From the IMG/VR virus record IMGVR_UViG_3300028558_000001, positions 32,001 through 96,000 of that record: a stretch of 64,000 bases of DNA. One strand, 5' to 3'. Below are positions 36,021 through 47,221 of the stretch, piece after piece. The notes under the pieces were generated by a model, which had not been told where the DNA came from, searched no databases, and saw only the letters and a program-made list of their open reading frames with translations. Numbering within the stretch: position 1 is the first letter of the stretch; the number at the start of each line of letters is the position of its first letter. This stretch comes from a virus. Both the position numbers and the translations under genes were made by a program.

Positions 36021-39000
36021 TTAAGCGGATGAAGGCGTAGCGATTGCTCTCAAATCACTTAATCTTGGATATAGGTATGATCCTGCATTTGATAGTAGGA
36101 CTACCTTAACAGCAAATGTGCTGTATGTGGTATATACCTGTCCAGTATTAGCTACATAAGTCAAGATACTTGTATTAGCTGGATCGAGATATGCAGTAGC
36201 ATTGCTTGGACTTGGAGCAGTAACAGGTAATGTAAAGATATATTCCTTGGTATCCTGCTTATTTACAGTAGATGATCTTACTGTATTTGTAGTGTTCATA
36301 GGAGTCCATAGTTTATTATTGAATGGATCAGAATCATATTGATTTAGGAATTTACCATATACATAAATCTGTGTGCCAGTAGGCCAATAAGCACCTAGAT
36401 ATACGATCAAATCTTCTGCATCCATACCTGTAGTTAGGGTAACTGTCTGAGAAATATATCTATTGACGGCCTGACCGTTATTGTTCAACTCAGATGTATA
36501 AACATCGTTGTTTGCATCTTCTGCATTGATTACAGTATGTAGGCATACTGCACCTAGCTTAGCAGTATCAATAATAGGTGAAATTAGGCTTGTCTGAGAT
36601 ACAAATGATGCATTGATTACAAGTGACTTATTTCCGTTCTTATAGATCAATTCATTTGAACGAGACATTACAACACGTTCCTGATCAATGAATGGAGTCG
36701 AAACACCAAATGATAGACCAGTTGAAGTTGTATCTGTTACATATGAAGTCGCTGAATTAGAAGTTCCAATTAAGTTATATGTTAGTGCAGTATCATTCAT
36801 TGCAGTAACAGCAAGTTTAGGCATTAATTCGCCATAATAAATATCGTTTAATGTAACTGTATTAGCATATGCTCCACTTGTTGAACCAATCAAGTACATG
36901 TTATTTGAGAACTGGATTGTTGAATTTGCCGTAGAGTTAGTGATATATAGGCTTGAGCTATTAGCAATAGAGACAATGCCAGTCAATCCAGTATTGCCAA
37001 TGATATTACCGATAGCAACTGTGCTGCTTGTAAATGTTGGTGCTGTATTGATAGAGAACGTTGTTCCAGTTAGAATGCTATTAACGTTAGCAACAAAAGC
37101 CTGTGACGTTGCAGAGTTTCTAAGAACAATCTTAGAGTTTGCTGTAAATAGACCTGAATTTGGAACAGTAATAATAGTATTACCTGATGTAGTTGCACCT
37201 GTTGTTACAACATCATTGGCAACAGGATATACTGCTTCTCCAAGCTGGAAGCTTCCACCATTAGTATTAGTAATAGTGAAGTATTCAGTATTATCATTTA
37301 CTAATTGTGCTGTGCCATTTAATGCAGTAAATGCATAAGTATATAGGTTAAACTTCAATCTCTTTGTCTGATCGGCAGTCCATGTTGTATTCTGAGAAGA
37401 CGTGAACAAATCACCTGTTCCGGTTAAGGAATAGATTGGTGAACCTGAAATAGTATCAGTTTTGCCAAGTTCTGCAACCCATAAGTTGTAGTTTGGATTT
37501 GAACCGTCTGGCATAATAACGATGCAATATTGTGTACCTGTCTGTAGAAGTACAGGAGCCTCAAATTGTACATTGGTTGCAACTGATGAATCAGATGAAA
37601 CATTGATCTGAGAAGGTGTTAAGTGAACTTGTGAGAAGTTCTGAATCGTCGCACCGGGATAACCATTCTGCATGTCACGGATCATAACTGTAACACCCAA
37701 GATTGGGTCTACTGATTCAAAGAACAAATCTACAGAAGAAACGAAAACCCCTTGAATATCATTTGATCCAAATACTTCATTGGTAATTGTAATACCCTGT
37801 GCTAATGGATCGACAATATAGTTAGATACGCCCTGAATAGTTGACGTAGTTGATGAAGTTGTCATAGTATTTGACACTTTTGTTGCAACTATCTGTGGGG
37901 TAATTGTATTAAGAGTTACGTTATTTTCTGCATAGGCAATATTAGTACCATAATAGGTAGCTGATGCAGTTGTAGTAATTGCATTTGATAGCGTTACCAT
38001 GTTATTAACATCACAAAGATTAAATGTTCTATTACCTGATCTAAAGGTAGCCGCTGGTAGGTAGAACATACCATAGATAGTTCCAGTAGAATCAGTAACT
38101 AGATTTTGACCGGCTTTAATATTGAAGTTAGAATCAGTTAATACGCAATCAGCAGATACGTTGGTATCATCCATCCAAGCATATAGTCTTGTATTTGGCT
38201 TCAAACCAGTTGCAATAAATTTAATTAGTTTAGCTTGACAATATGGCTGGATACTTACGTTTGTAACGTATGTTCCTAGATTATAGCTATTATTAGCTGC
38301 GGTTACGCCATATTTAGTACCATACTGAACATAATTATTATTTACAGTAGTAGTAGATACGGTAGCATTGGCATATGCAGTAAATGCCTGTGAAATATTT
38401 GGATTGCCTTCTGATACAATTAGAGGGCTTCCGTTATATGTTCCAGTAATTAAATTGCTTAGGCTTACTGCACCAGCCTTAATATATTGCTGAGAAGTAC
38501 TAGTAGAAGCAGATGAAGATGTTTCCTGCCAATTTCCCCATTGAGTAGGCCAAGCATTTGATATATTGGAGAAATTAGAGTATGAGTTATCTGTAACTAC
38601 AACATCTGGATTTACTGTTACGTCTGGTTGATAATCGCCAGTTGGGTTTAGAGTAATCGTACCTGACCATACATATAAGCTGTCTTGGGCAGCATTCATT
38701 GTCTCAGAAGCAAATGGCTGAGCAATGAATGGAGAAGAATTCTGGTTTGCAGTTAGTGAAACAATTCTACCATCAGATGAAACAGAGCAATTATCTCCAT
38801 TAATCTTATTATATTGTAGATGTACTAATTGTTGATTAAAAATAGGACGTGCTTCGCAGTTTGCAGAGTCAATAGCGATATTGAAATTAATATCACTAGT
38901 ATTACAAATTGTGAAATTCTGGAATGGGTCTGCTAGAATACCATTCTGCATTCTGTTCTGACCAGATGAATTTGTAATCATTAGGTTTTTTGCAGATAAT

Positions 39001-41969
39001 TCTAATGATGATAATGAAGTATAGTATTCTACTTGCTTTAGGCGAGCATCAAGACCACCAATATCCTTCATGGTATAACGTTTATTTGAGTTATATTGAA
39101 ATGTAACGATACCTGTTGTAGTATCATCTACAGTTAGAGTAGGATATGGAGGAACAGATACAGTTGCTAGAGTAATACCAGCAGTAATATCAGAAGGAGG
39201 AACGGGATTTTCCGCTGGAGTTCCTTCAATAATAACAACGGAACCTTTAGGAGTAAATCCTACTTTATCATAACGACCAAGATAATACTGTACCGCTGAC
39301 TGGAATGGAGAATCAATTACAGGAATATAACCATTATTAATGAATGTAAGTGTATTTGCTGGATTTAATACTGTACTTGGAGTAGCAATAACAGCAGCAA
39401 GGTTAGCAGCATATGGGATAGTATTCTGTGTAAATAATCTGAAATCTACACAGTTTCTAAGAGGATATGTGGCACCAGTTGATGGTGAGGTATATAGTGG
39501 AATATTTTTAGTATAAATGGTATTAGCAGTTACGCCAGTATCATCCACTGGATATGAATCAACTGAGAAGAACCCGATACCAGCCGATGTACTCATTGAG
39601 TATGATGTAACGCCTACTAGAAGTTTAGTTGAAGATGTGATAGTAGCACCATGATTATATAGTGATGCTAGACCATAATATGTATCACGCTGTCCATTGT
39701 CCAACTGCATTAGTGAACTTACATTTAGATTAGTATTTGAATATGAAGTACCAGCAAAAACAACAGCATTTTGTACGTCTGGAATACCTAAGCACCAAGG
39801 GCCAGTTGCTCCGTTGGGGTGAGTTGAACAATCAATTGTAACCCAAGTTAGGTTATTCAAAGTTTTTAAAGCTGGAGAAGCTGATGATCTTTGAACTGGA
39901 TAAATGATATTAGCATTGAAAGCAGAAGCAGTTGTGATGCCCAAATTGATAGTAAATGATGTTGAGCTATTAATAGTAATTGAAGGATTAGGAAAATGCT
40001 GACCAGCTACATATACCTGATTGTGAGCAGCAGTAGTCCAAGCATAAGTTGTTGGAGAAGAAACACTTAATGAAGTGCTATTAGCAATTGCGGTAATCTG
40101 ACGAATATCAGTTACAGTTGAGTTACCAATCTGAATATAGTCACCAACAATGTAAGCTGTATTGAATGCTGTGCTTAGACCACTTACAGTTGTTGTTGTG
40201 GTATTAGCTAGAGTCACAGTACCAGCGGCGGCTGAAAGGCTTGTTGTAGTAGAGTTAGTGATAATGAAATCAGATTGTACCTGTACCGCTGATAAAGTTC
40301 CAGTACCAAATGGGAGAGCATTAACGCCACCGACATAGGTTGGAATTGTTACGGTAGCTTGACCTGATGTATTAAAGCTAATTGAAGTATCTACGTTAAA
40401 GTCAAACTGACCAGATGTAGTATTTGTTGCATCTTTAAGAGTCTTAATAGCAGACTGATTAAATGGATATACTAAGCAACCTAGAGTGCTCTCATTTAGA
40501 GTACAATTTCCATTAACGTCTAGGATAACATCTGATACACCACCAGAAACGTATATAGAACGTACACTCTGGAAATTAGCACCAGATTGTAGGACAATAT
40601 TTGTTAAAAATACTAGATACTGTGCTGATGGTGTGCCGGGAACACCAGAGTAATATTCTACACCAATAACAGTTGCAGTTCCTAGTAAGGAACCAGCAGC
40701 AGAGATAGAACCAACGCCAATTCCCTTGGCTAGGTTCAATGAAATTCCATGAGAAGTAGCAGAACGTAGCTGTACAGACTGACCAATGGTTGGATTGAAT
40801 GCGCCAGCAAATTCATTTACAATTAGATAATTACCAAGAGTTGTGGTAATAGTTTGTGATGCTGCCTGTGCAACATCATTACCTTTACGGACTTTATTAA
40901 CTAACATTCCATTAGTTTGGACTTTATATCCATGAACATAAGCAGAACCCGGATCAATAGAAAGCTTAACATAGCTAGTATTTGGAGTTACGCCATCTGG
41001 TTGATATAAAGTAGTACAACGTAGATTGAATGGGCTAATAATAAAGTTGCCGCTCGTATCATCTGAAATCTGCGCCATTGCATCGCCAATAGTAGCATAA
41101 TCAGAAGCTTGACGGATAATGGCAGGATTACCACCTACGAAATCAACGATAGAGAAGAAGTTATTGGTTGAGCTTGAGCTTGTTGCTCTTTCTATCAATG
41201 TAGGAGTTAATTGAAGGCGATGAGCGCCGGGACCAGCATAGTTAGGAGAACCAGCAGAGTTATCGAGAAGTGAGCTATTTTCTTCTGGAGTTACAATAGT
41301 TTCAACTGTATTGAAACCAATTGAAATCTGATCTGGAGTATTATTATATTTAGAAACAATCATTGACTGCTTCTGAACGTCAAGGAAATATCCCTTATGG
41401 AAGATAGTACCATCTGAAACAGATAGAGAATATCCAACACCAGTTGCAGCAGAATTAGCACCGGAAATAGAGGAATTGGCAACAGTAATTGAACCAACTG
41501 CGACGTTAGCTGCATTGTAAATAGTTAGAACTTCATTCTCTTGGAATGTCTTAATGGTAGTGTCGTTTGATGAATTTAGATAATTCACATAGAGGGTATT
41601 TAGGTCAGGAGCTTGTGATACGTAACCAGCATATGTGTCAGTGATATATGCTCTCAGTCCGTTAGTAGATTGAACGTATGATCCTTTGAAATTTGAAATA
41701 GTAAAGGCAGAACTATTAGCATAAGAATCTAGAATTTTTACATATGGGAGAGAAGAATTAAAGGTAATTTTGCAGCCGTCAACGATTGAACCATCAACAA
41801 AGATATTCTTACCAAATTTTTCAATTTGGTACTGAGCCATTGTCTGTGTCTGGTTTACTTCTCTGATTTGGATCGGAGCAGTTGGTCTATGAAGGATTCT
41901 ATAAAATTGGTTATTAGAATTAAAGTCATCAAAATAAGGATATTGATTTAGATCAGTGTCAATTGACAT
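36021..41969 (-). CDS. Large virion structural protein, VrlC/DUF4815-like
   Basis: LN..PYFDDF..FYRIL..P..Q.RE, PGAHRL, NKRYTMKDIG.L..R...VEYYTSLS.LE, DPLAQ. Confidence 0.88.
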   Translation of the reverse strand: MSIDTDLNQYPYFDDFNSNNQFYRILHRPTAPIQIREVNQTQTMAQYQIEKFGKNIFVDGSIVDGCKITFNSSLPYVKILDSYANSSAFTISNFKGSYVQSTNGLRAYITDTYAGYVSQAPDLNTLYVNYLNSSNDTTIKTFQENEVLTIYNAANVAVGSITVANSSISGANSAATGVGYSLSVSDGTIFHKGYFLDVQKQSMIVSKYNNTPDQISIGFNTVETIVTPEENSSLLDNSAGSPNYAGPGAHRLQLTPTLIERATSSSSTNNFFSIVDFVGGNPAIIRQASDYATIGDAMAQISDDTSGNFIISPFNLRCTTLYQPDGVTPNTSYVKLSIDPGSAYVHGYKVQTNGMLVNKVRKGNDVAQAASQTITTTLGNYLIVNEFAGAFNPTIGQSVQLRSATSHGISLNLAKGIGVGSISAAGSLLGTATVIGVEYYSGVPGTPSAQYLVFLTNIVLQSGANFQSVRSIYVSGGVSDVILDVNGNCTLNESTLGCLVYPFNQSAIKTLKDATNTTSGQFDFNVDTSISFNTSGQATVTIPTYVGGVNALPFGTGTLSAVQVQSDFIITNSTTTSLSAAAGTVTLANTTTTTVSGLSTAFNTAYIVGDYIQIGNSTVTDIRQITAIANSTSLSVSSPTTYAWTTAAHNQVYVAGQHFPNPSITINSSTSFTINLGITTASAFNANIIYPVQRSSASPALKTLNNLTWVTIDCSTHPNGATGPWCLGIPDVQNAVVFAGTSYSNTNLNVSSLMQLDNGQRDTYYGLASLYNHGATITSSTKLLVGVTSYSMSTSAGIGFFSVDSYPVDDTGVTANTIYTKNIPLYTSPSTGATYPLRNCVDFRLFTQNTIPYAANLAAVIATPSTVLNPANTLTFINNGYIPVIDSPFQSAVQYYLGRYDKVGFTPKGSVVIIEGTPAENPVPPSDITAGITLATVSVPPYPTLTVDDTTTGIVTFQYNSNKRYTMKDIGGLDARLKQVEYYTSLSSLELSAKNLMITNSSGQNRMQNGILADPFQNFTICNTSDINFNIAIDSANCEARPIFNQQLVHLQYNKINGDNCSVSSDGRIVSLTANQNSSPFIAQPFASETMNAAQDSLYVWSGTITLNPTGDYQPDVTVNPDVVVTDNSYSNFSNISNAWPTQWGNWQETSSSASTSTSQQYIKAGAVSLSNLITGTYNGSPLIVSEGNPNISQAFTAYANATVSTTTVNNNYVQYGTKYGVTAANNSYNLGTYVTNVSIQPYCQAKLIKFIATGLKPNTRLYAWMDDTNVSADCVLTDSNFNIKAGQNLVTDSTGTIYGMFYLPAATFRSGNRTFNLCDVNNMVTLSNAITTTASATYYGTNIAYAENNVTLNTITPQIVATKVSNTMTTSSTTSTIQGVSNYIVDPLAQGITITNEVFGSNDIQGVFVSSVDLFFESVDPILGVTVMIRDMQNGYPGATIQNFSQVHLTPSQINVSSDSSVATNVQFEAPVLLQTGTQYCIVIMPDGSNPNYNLWVAELGKTDTISGSPIYSLTGTGDLFTSSQNTTWTADQTKRLKFNLYTYAFTALNGTAQLVNDNTEYFTITNTNGGSFQLGEAVYPVANDVVTTGATTSGNTIITVPNSGLFTANSKIVLRNSATSQAFVANVNSILTGTTFSINTAPTFTSSTVAIGNIIGNTGLTGIVSIANSSSLYITNSTANSTIQFSNNMYLIGSTSGAYANTVTLNDIYYGELMPKLAVTAMNDTALTYNLIGTSNSATSYVTDTTSTGLSFGVSTPFIDQERVVMSRSNELIYKNGNKSLVINASFVSQTSLISPIIDTAKLGAVCLHTVINAEDANNDVYTSELNNNGQAVNRYISQTVTLTTGMDAEDLIVYLGAYWPTGTQIYVYGKFLNQYDSDPFNNKLWTPMNTTNTVRSSTVNKQDTKEYIFTLPVTAPSPSNATAYLDPANTSILTYVANTGQVYTTYSTFAVKVVLLSNAGSYLYPRLSDLRAIATPSSA

Positions 41970-42014
41970 ATTTATTTCTTCTCTCTTTTATATGGCTTTA
42001 TATCTATTTATCTA

Positions 42015-45000
42015 TCAAAATTTAATGATAAGCTTAATTTCTTCTTTTGATACCAATGATTTCGTAATTGGCGCAATATCATTAATATAAATTACCTTAC
42101 CAGTATTTCTAATTAGATCAGGATATTCCATTGTATTCTGGAAGGTAGAATATCCAACAGCACCGGAAGTATTTCCAATAAAGCTATTGGTAGTCTGGAA
42201 TGTTCCATTAACATCGTTCAGACGTAATACTGGATATGTATTAGAAATTGTTCCATTTGCAGTCAAAGTAGTAATAGTATTATTTGTAGACCATGCAGAT
42301 GAATTTGAAATCAATTTAATATATGTAGTATTAGCGAATGTAATTACACCATTTGCACCAGTATTAGCATTGGTTAGGACCAATCCTTTGGTAAATACGC
42401 CAGTATTTGCAGTATATAGTAAATCAATTTCATCAGAGGTTGAAATAATTCTTCCAGATGCACCGCTTATGGCTTGGTTAATGTATTCATTATTTGCAAA
42501 TACTCCAGAATTTGAAGACAAGGTAATTCTAGCAGTCTGATTAAATCTTACACCAAAATTATTTGTTACATCTACTGTATTATTTGATATAGCAACGTTA
42601 GCAACAGTAGCATAAGTATTTGAATTATAATCAATAAGAGTATCATTTGCAGAAATGATACCAGAGACGTTACTTAGACGAATATGGTTTTGATCAATAA
42701 CCTGTGTTATTGTGGCAGTGGCCCAAGAAGTTCCATCAGATACAGACTCTACGTTTGAACTAATAGAGAATGATGTAACGTTTGCAGATACAACATTTGA
42801 TGTTGCACCAGAAGTCAACCCAACAACATTTGCTCCTGTTACATATGTTCCCTGTACGTTTGCCAATTCAATGAATGATGAATTAGAATATACCAAGATG
42901 CCACAAGCATTAGAAGAAGGCTGAGTAACGAATTCGTTAACAACATAGTTCGTTAACATATTTGAAACATTCAATTTAACGCGAGAGAAATTGTTTACGG
43001 TTAGATATACGTCATTAAATGATGGATTCTTAATGATACCTGCACGTCTGTAACTTCCATATGTAGGAAATTTATATAGTTCATTAGATGAAGTATCGAA
43101 TGTTAGTGATACACCAGCATATGTTGCTCCTAGTTCTGAGTATACATCAGAACCATGACCAGTAATTGGGCTTACAGAGGCATATACAGCGGCATTTGAA
43201 CCAAATAAGCCATTTGCTTCGATAGTAACATTTGCATATGTATAGTTGTTACCGGAATTAAGGAGTATGATGTTATCAATCTCATATGATGAATATTGGT
43301 TTGTATTACATACACAATAAGCAGCCGCGCCTACGCCATCACCCACAATATTAACAGTTGGTGAAATAATATATTCTGTTAGGCTATTTGGTGAAGTAGA
43401 AAATGTCAGAACTGTTGCATTTGCAACTAACTGACCAAGATTAGAAATAATATTTATGGGCTGTCCAGAAGTAAATGCTCCAGAAGTAGATGATACCGTA
43501 ATATTAGGGAAGCTATTCATGTTTGCAATACGTGAATTTAAGGTAGATGACTGACCTGTAATGTACGTATTGACAGAGAACACTCCCTGAATGTTATTCA
43601 GAACTAAGGTTGAGGAATTAGCAAAAATAACAGTTCCGTTTGCTGATAAATCTACACCAGTTGAAGTGAAACACTTAACTATTTCACCATTAATATATGA
43701 TAGATTTGGTGAAGATACCGTATCAAATGTTAGCTTAATAGAAGATAAGTTTGTCTGAGTGATTGTACCAACAGTGTCGGTAACAGTCAATGAGGTTGGT
43801 TCTAGAGCAGATGTAACAGCATAGTGAACATTAGCAGAGAATGAATTATAAAATGGTACTGATACAGTAATAATTGATGAGTTAACAGCAGTAATTCTTC
43901 TAATATTGTTGTTAGTGTCTGAACCAACTCTAATATATTGATTTACTGCATAATCGGTAGTAAACTGAGTACCAGAGATTGCGGTAATTTGGTTATTACC
44001 ATTAGTCACAGTAACCGTACCGTTTTTAATACTACCACCTTGATTAGTATTAAAAATTGGAGTATTATTAGAAACGTTAAAATATGTATTTGAAGTTTTG
44101 TAAATATTTACAACAGAAGAGTTGGCAGAAATTACCGCGCCTGTAGCGCCATTATCTGTCTGATATACTGTATCGTTGACATTAAAAAATCCAGACTGAT
44201 ATACATATGCAATAGAATCTGTTCTCTGTTCTACTGATTGACCAGTCTGAATTGTTCCGTTAATATTTCCTAGATTTAAATTAACGTAAACATTAAATGG
44301 AGTATATACAGTTACTAACTTACTGGAACCAGAGTATGATGCAATCTTTCTGATCTGACCAGAACCAAATCCACTCTTAAAGTAGATTGATGAATTTGCA
44401 TAAAAATTATCAAGACTAGAAGCAGTATTGGCAACCTGTACTGAATATTGGTTAACAAATGACTGTAGTATTCCATCATGATATGCTTGATAATTAGAAC
44501 CAGAATTAGTGATATTTAAATTATCAATGGTGCCGGGAATGGCAGATGCAGCAACATTAACATCTTGTAAAACAGGAACGAATTGTGCTGTGGCAAAGTT
44601 ACTATAGCTGATTGAATCAATAGTATACATATACTTCCATAGATAACCGTCACCAGTAGAAAATGTTCCAGATGGTGAAGTTAGAAATGGCTTGATGGTA
44701 GATGGAGCGCCATTATTATTATCAAGGCATTTATATACTTGATTTGAATCGTTAACAACATAAAACTGCTTAGTAAATAACAAACTGTCAGTTGGATCAT
44801 ATTGAGCATATACTACATTAGAAGTCCAAGGATAGTTTGGAATCATAAATGAAATATTAGAAGCATTTAACAATTTACCATAAGTCATGTCATGGTAAAT
44901 TGATTGCTCGTATTCATAATATGAATTTACAGCAGATGGAGGACTAGTATCGTTTGTCCAAGGATTAGTGCGCCCCATGAAAACGTAATAGTTATTCTCA

Positions 45001-45068
45001 GTATTCGTTAAATCATTTATTAGATTTTGAATAACGTTAACATAGTGCTGATTGGTAAGTATTGCCAT
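42015..45068 (-). CDS. 8: Baseplate wedge subunit, gp8-like, with large insertions
   Basis: YVFMGR..PW, VYKCLDN, DGYLWKYMYTI; C-terminal G.VIYI....I....KEEIKLIIKF. Confidence 0.85.
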   Translation of the reverse strand: MAILTNQHYVNVIQNLINDLTNTENNYYVFMGRTNPWTNDTSPPSAVNSYYEYEQSIYHDMTYGKLLNASNISFMIPNYPWTSNVVYAQYDPTDSLLFTKQFYVVNDSNQVYKCLDNNNGAPSTIKPFLTSPSGTFSTGDGYLWKYMYTIDSISYSNFATAQFVPVLQDVNVAASAIPGTIDNLNITNSGSNYQAYHDGILQSFVNQYSVQVANTASSLDNFYANSSIYFKSGFGSGQIRKIASYSGSSKLVTVYTPFNVYVNLNLGNINGTIQTGQSVEQRTDSIAYVYQSGFFNVNDTVYQTDNGATGAVISANSSVVNIYKTSNTYFNVSNNTPIFNTNQGGSIKNGTVTVTNGNNQITAISGTQFTTDYAVNQYIRVGSDTNNNIRRITAVNSSIITVSVPFYNSFSANVHYAVTSALEPTSLTVTDTVGTITQTNLSSIKLTFDTVSSPNLSYINGEIVKCFTSTGVDLSANGTVIFANSSTLVLNNIQGVFSVNTYITGQSSTLNSRIANMNSFPNITVSSTSGAFTSGQPINIISNLGQLVANATVLTFSTSPNSLTEYIISPTVNIVGDGVGAAAYCVCNTNQYSSYEIDNIILLNSGNNYTYANVTIEANGLFGSNAAVYASVSPITGHGSDVYSELGATYAGVSLTFDTSSNELYKFPTYGSYRRAGIIKNPSFNDVYLTVNNFSRVKLNVSNMLTNYVVNEFVTQPSSNACGILVYSNSSFIELANVQGTYVTGANVVGLTSGATSNVVSANVTSFSISSNVESVSDGTSWATATITQVIDQNHIRLSNVSGIISANDTLIDYNSNTYATVANVAISNNTVDVTNNFGVRFNQTARITLSSNSGVFANNEYINQAISGASGRIISTSDEIDLLYTANTGVFTKGLVLTNANTGANGVITFANTTYIKLISNSSAWSTNNTITTLTANGTISNTYPVLRLNDVNGTFQTTNSFIGNTSGAVGYSTFQNTMEYPDLIRNTGKVIYINDIAPITKSLVSKEEIKLIIKF

Positions 45069-45097
45069 TTCTATCCTGTTAATCCTTGATTAAGTTC

Positions 45098-47221
45098 TTA
45101 TAATCCGAAAGTAAATACTGGCACGTAACCACTATTATATGTTACAGTAAAGTTTACGCCATTGGCGGCATATGTTACTGAGGTATTTGCGACTCCAACA
45201 CTAGTATTTATTTCATTATCTACTAATGCTGACGTAGAATTTAGTTCCATGTCCCTCAAAGAGTATTTACCAAATAATTTCATACCGCATGGATGAACAA
45301 AATCTTCAACTAATTGTTGATATGTAGATAACATTCGTGGAGCAATTAGTTCATATGAGTAAGCCTGATAATAATCAGAGTCTTGTAGATAATTTGTAGA
45401 AGATAATATACCCTTATTATCTTTATAATAACCTGCTGATACACCATTCAAATCAACTACTGCTACGCCTGACACGGATGTTACATTATTTGATGTTAGA
45501 GAAACAATTTCATTTGGTTGATAACCAAATCCAGAATCAATTACCTGAACACCACCAATAATACCAGAAGCCGAATTAGCAGTAGCAGATACCACGGCAT
45601 CAGAACCCCAAAATCCACCAGAACCATCAGAAATCATTAATGGAGAGATAGCAGTATCAACAATACTTACAGTTGGACTAGATGAATAACCAATACCGGG
45701 ATTGATGTTATTTAGATATGATATTTTACCAATAATCATTGTGGTAAATGTTAGGGCATTTTGAATTTGAGTATCTAGATTCTCAATATCTGGAATATTA
45801 ACAGCAGGGAAACCCCAATTAGTTTGTCTGTTTGATGATGTAATAGTAGCAATAGCGCCAGAAGTTGCGCCACTAATGCTGATATTATTAACAAAGTGAC
45901 CGTTGGTAGTATTAAGAGAAACTGATGTAGAATTAGTTGCCGTGACAATACCATTTGCAACAAGAGTTGTTTTAGCTATGGTTGAATTGATCGTAATAAC
46001 ATTATTATTTGAACTGACTAGGGTAATTCCGGTATGTGGTAATGGATCAATCTTAGCTAAGGAAGTATTATTACCAGAAACTAGAATATAGCTTCCTTGT
46101 GATTCATCAACTGTTAATCCAGCAATTGATAATGTGGTATTTGATAAAGTTTCTCCGCTTACAATTGTATTACCTGATACATACTTTACGTCCAAACCAA
46201 CGACGTTGGCGGATGAGTTAACTGTTTCTCCGATAGAGAATGTTCCACTTAGGCCGGTATAATATAAAATATAACCATATGATGGAATTTCTAACTGAGT
46301 GCCATTATATGTATTGGCAATATCGGAGTTTAAGTAATATACTTGTTTATCTAATAGACCACCAATAGAGAAGGTTGCCCCTGAACCACCGCCACCAGTA
46401 ACAGAAATAACAGCATTTGCTGAATAACCAAATCCACCATTAAGAAGCTGGAAAGAGACCTTACCGTTTTGTGTTAAGGTACTAGTAACTATGGCTTTAG
46501 CTCCACTACCAGTACCATTAACGCTCAATACGTCGCCAACATTATAATTAGCACCACCCTGTACGATAGAAACAGTAGATAATGAACCGAAAATGATAGG
46601 GGCAAGTGATACATTCATTCCAGAAATATCATCTGAAAGAACTAACTCTCCATAAGCAAATTTACCATTAATATTAGATAGAATTAGCACATTAATTAAT
46701 CTATTATTAATGTTTTTAATTACATACTGTTCTACAATAGCATTCGCATTGGTTGTAGTTCCAGTAATTTTGGTTCCAACTAATTGTTCTAGATATGGTG
46801 AATCTGAAACTTCAATGTACTGAGGAACAACCCATGTTCCGTCAGATGCTTTTAGGATAGATTCAGATGGGATATTAATGTCTACATCTTCATTGAATAC
46901 CATACGAAATAGGAGTTGGGTGGCTCTAAAAGAACCCTTTGCCTTATAAAATTCATTAATATGTTTTACTAAAAGTCTTTTATCAGATAGAATATTCGCT
47001 GGAAGACCGTTTAGATATGTGTCAGTAAAATATGATAAAAAGCTATCTAACGTGTTATCAATGTCTGTATAATCAGCAATTGATCTTATTAAATAATTAA
47101 CGTTTCCTTCTTGTTCCATCCACTCATAATATGCTTGCATGAATGCAACCAGATTAGGGCCATCTGTTCTATAAATTTCTGGAAATTGCTTAGCAATTAG
47201 TGGAGAAATTATTTTATCCAT
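45098..47221 (-). CDS. 7: Baseplate wedge initiator, gp7-like
   Basis: QFPE..F..AYYEW.E, FYKAKGS..LLFR, LQDSDYYQ.YSYE..HP.G. Confidence 0.8.
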   Translation of the reverse strand: MDKIISPLIAKQFPEIYRTDGPNLVAFMQAYYEWMEQEGNVNYLIRSIADYTDIDNTLDSFLSYFTDTYLNGLPANILSDKRLLVKHINEFYKAKGSFRATQLLFRMVFNEDVDINIPSESILKASDGTWVVPQYIEVSDSPYLEQLVGTKITGTTTNANAIVEQYVIKNINNRLINVLILSNINGKFAYGELVLSDDISGMNVSLAPIIFGSLSTVSIVQGGANYNVGDVLSVNGTGSGAKAIVTSTLTQNGKVSFQLLNGGFGYSANAVISVTGGGGSGATFSIGGLLDKQVYYLNSDIANTYNGTQLEIPSYGYILYYTGLSGTFSIGETVNSSANVVGLDVKYVSGNTIVSGETLSNTTLSIAGLTVDESQGSYILVSGNNTSLAKIDPLPHTGITLVSSNNNVITINSTIAKTTLVANGIVTATNSTSVSLNTTNGHFVNNISISGATSGAIATITSSNRQTNWGFPAVNIPDIENLDTQIQNALTFTTMIIGKISYLNNINPGIGYSSSPTVSIVDTAISPLMISDGSGGFWGSDAVVSATANSASGIIGGVQVIDSGFGYQPNEIVSLTSNNVTSVSGVAVVDLNGVSAGYYKDNKGILSSTNYLQDSDYYQAYSYELIAPRMLSTYQQLVEDFVHPCGMKLFGKYSLRDMELNSTSALVDNEINTSVGVANTSVTYAANGVNFTVTYNSGYVPVFTFGL

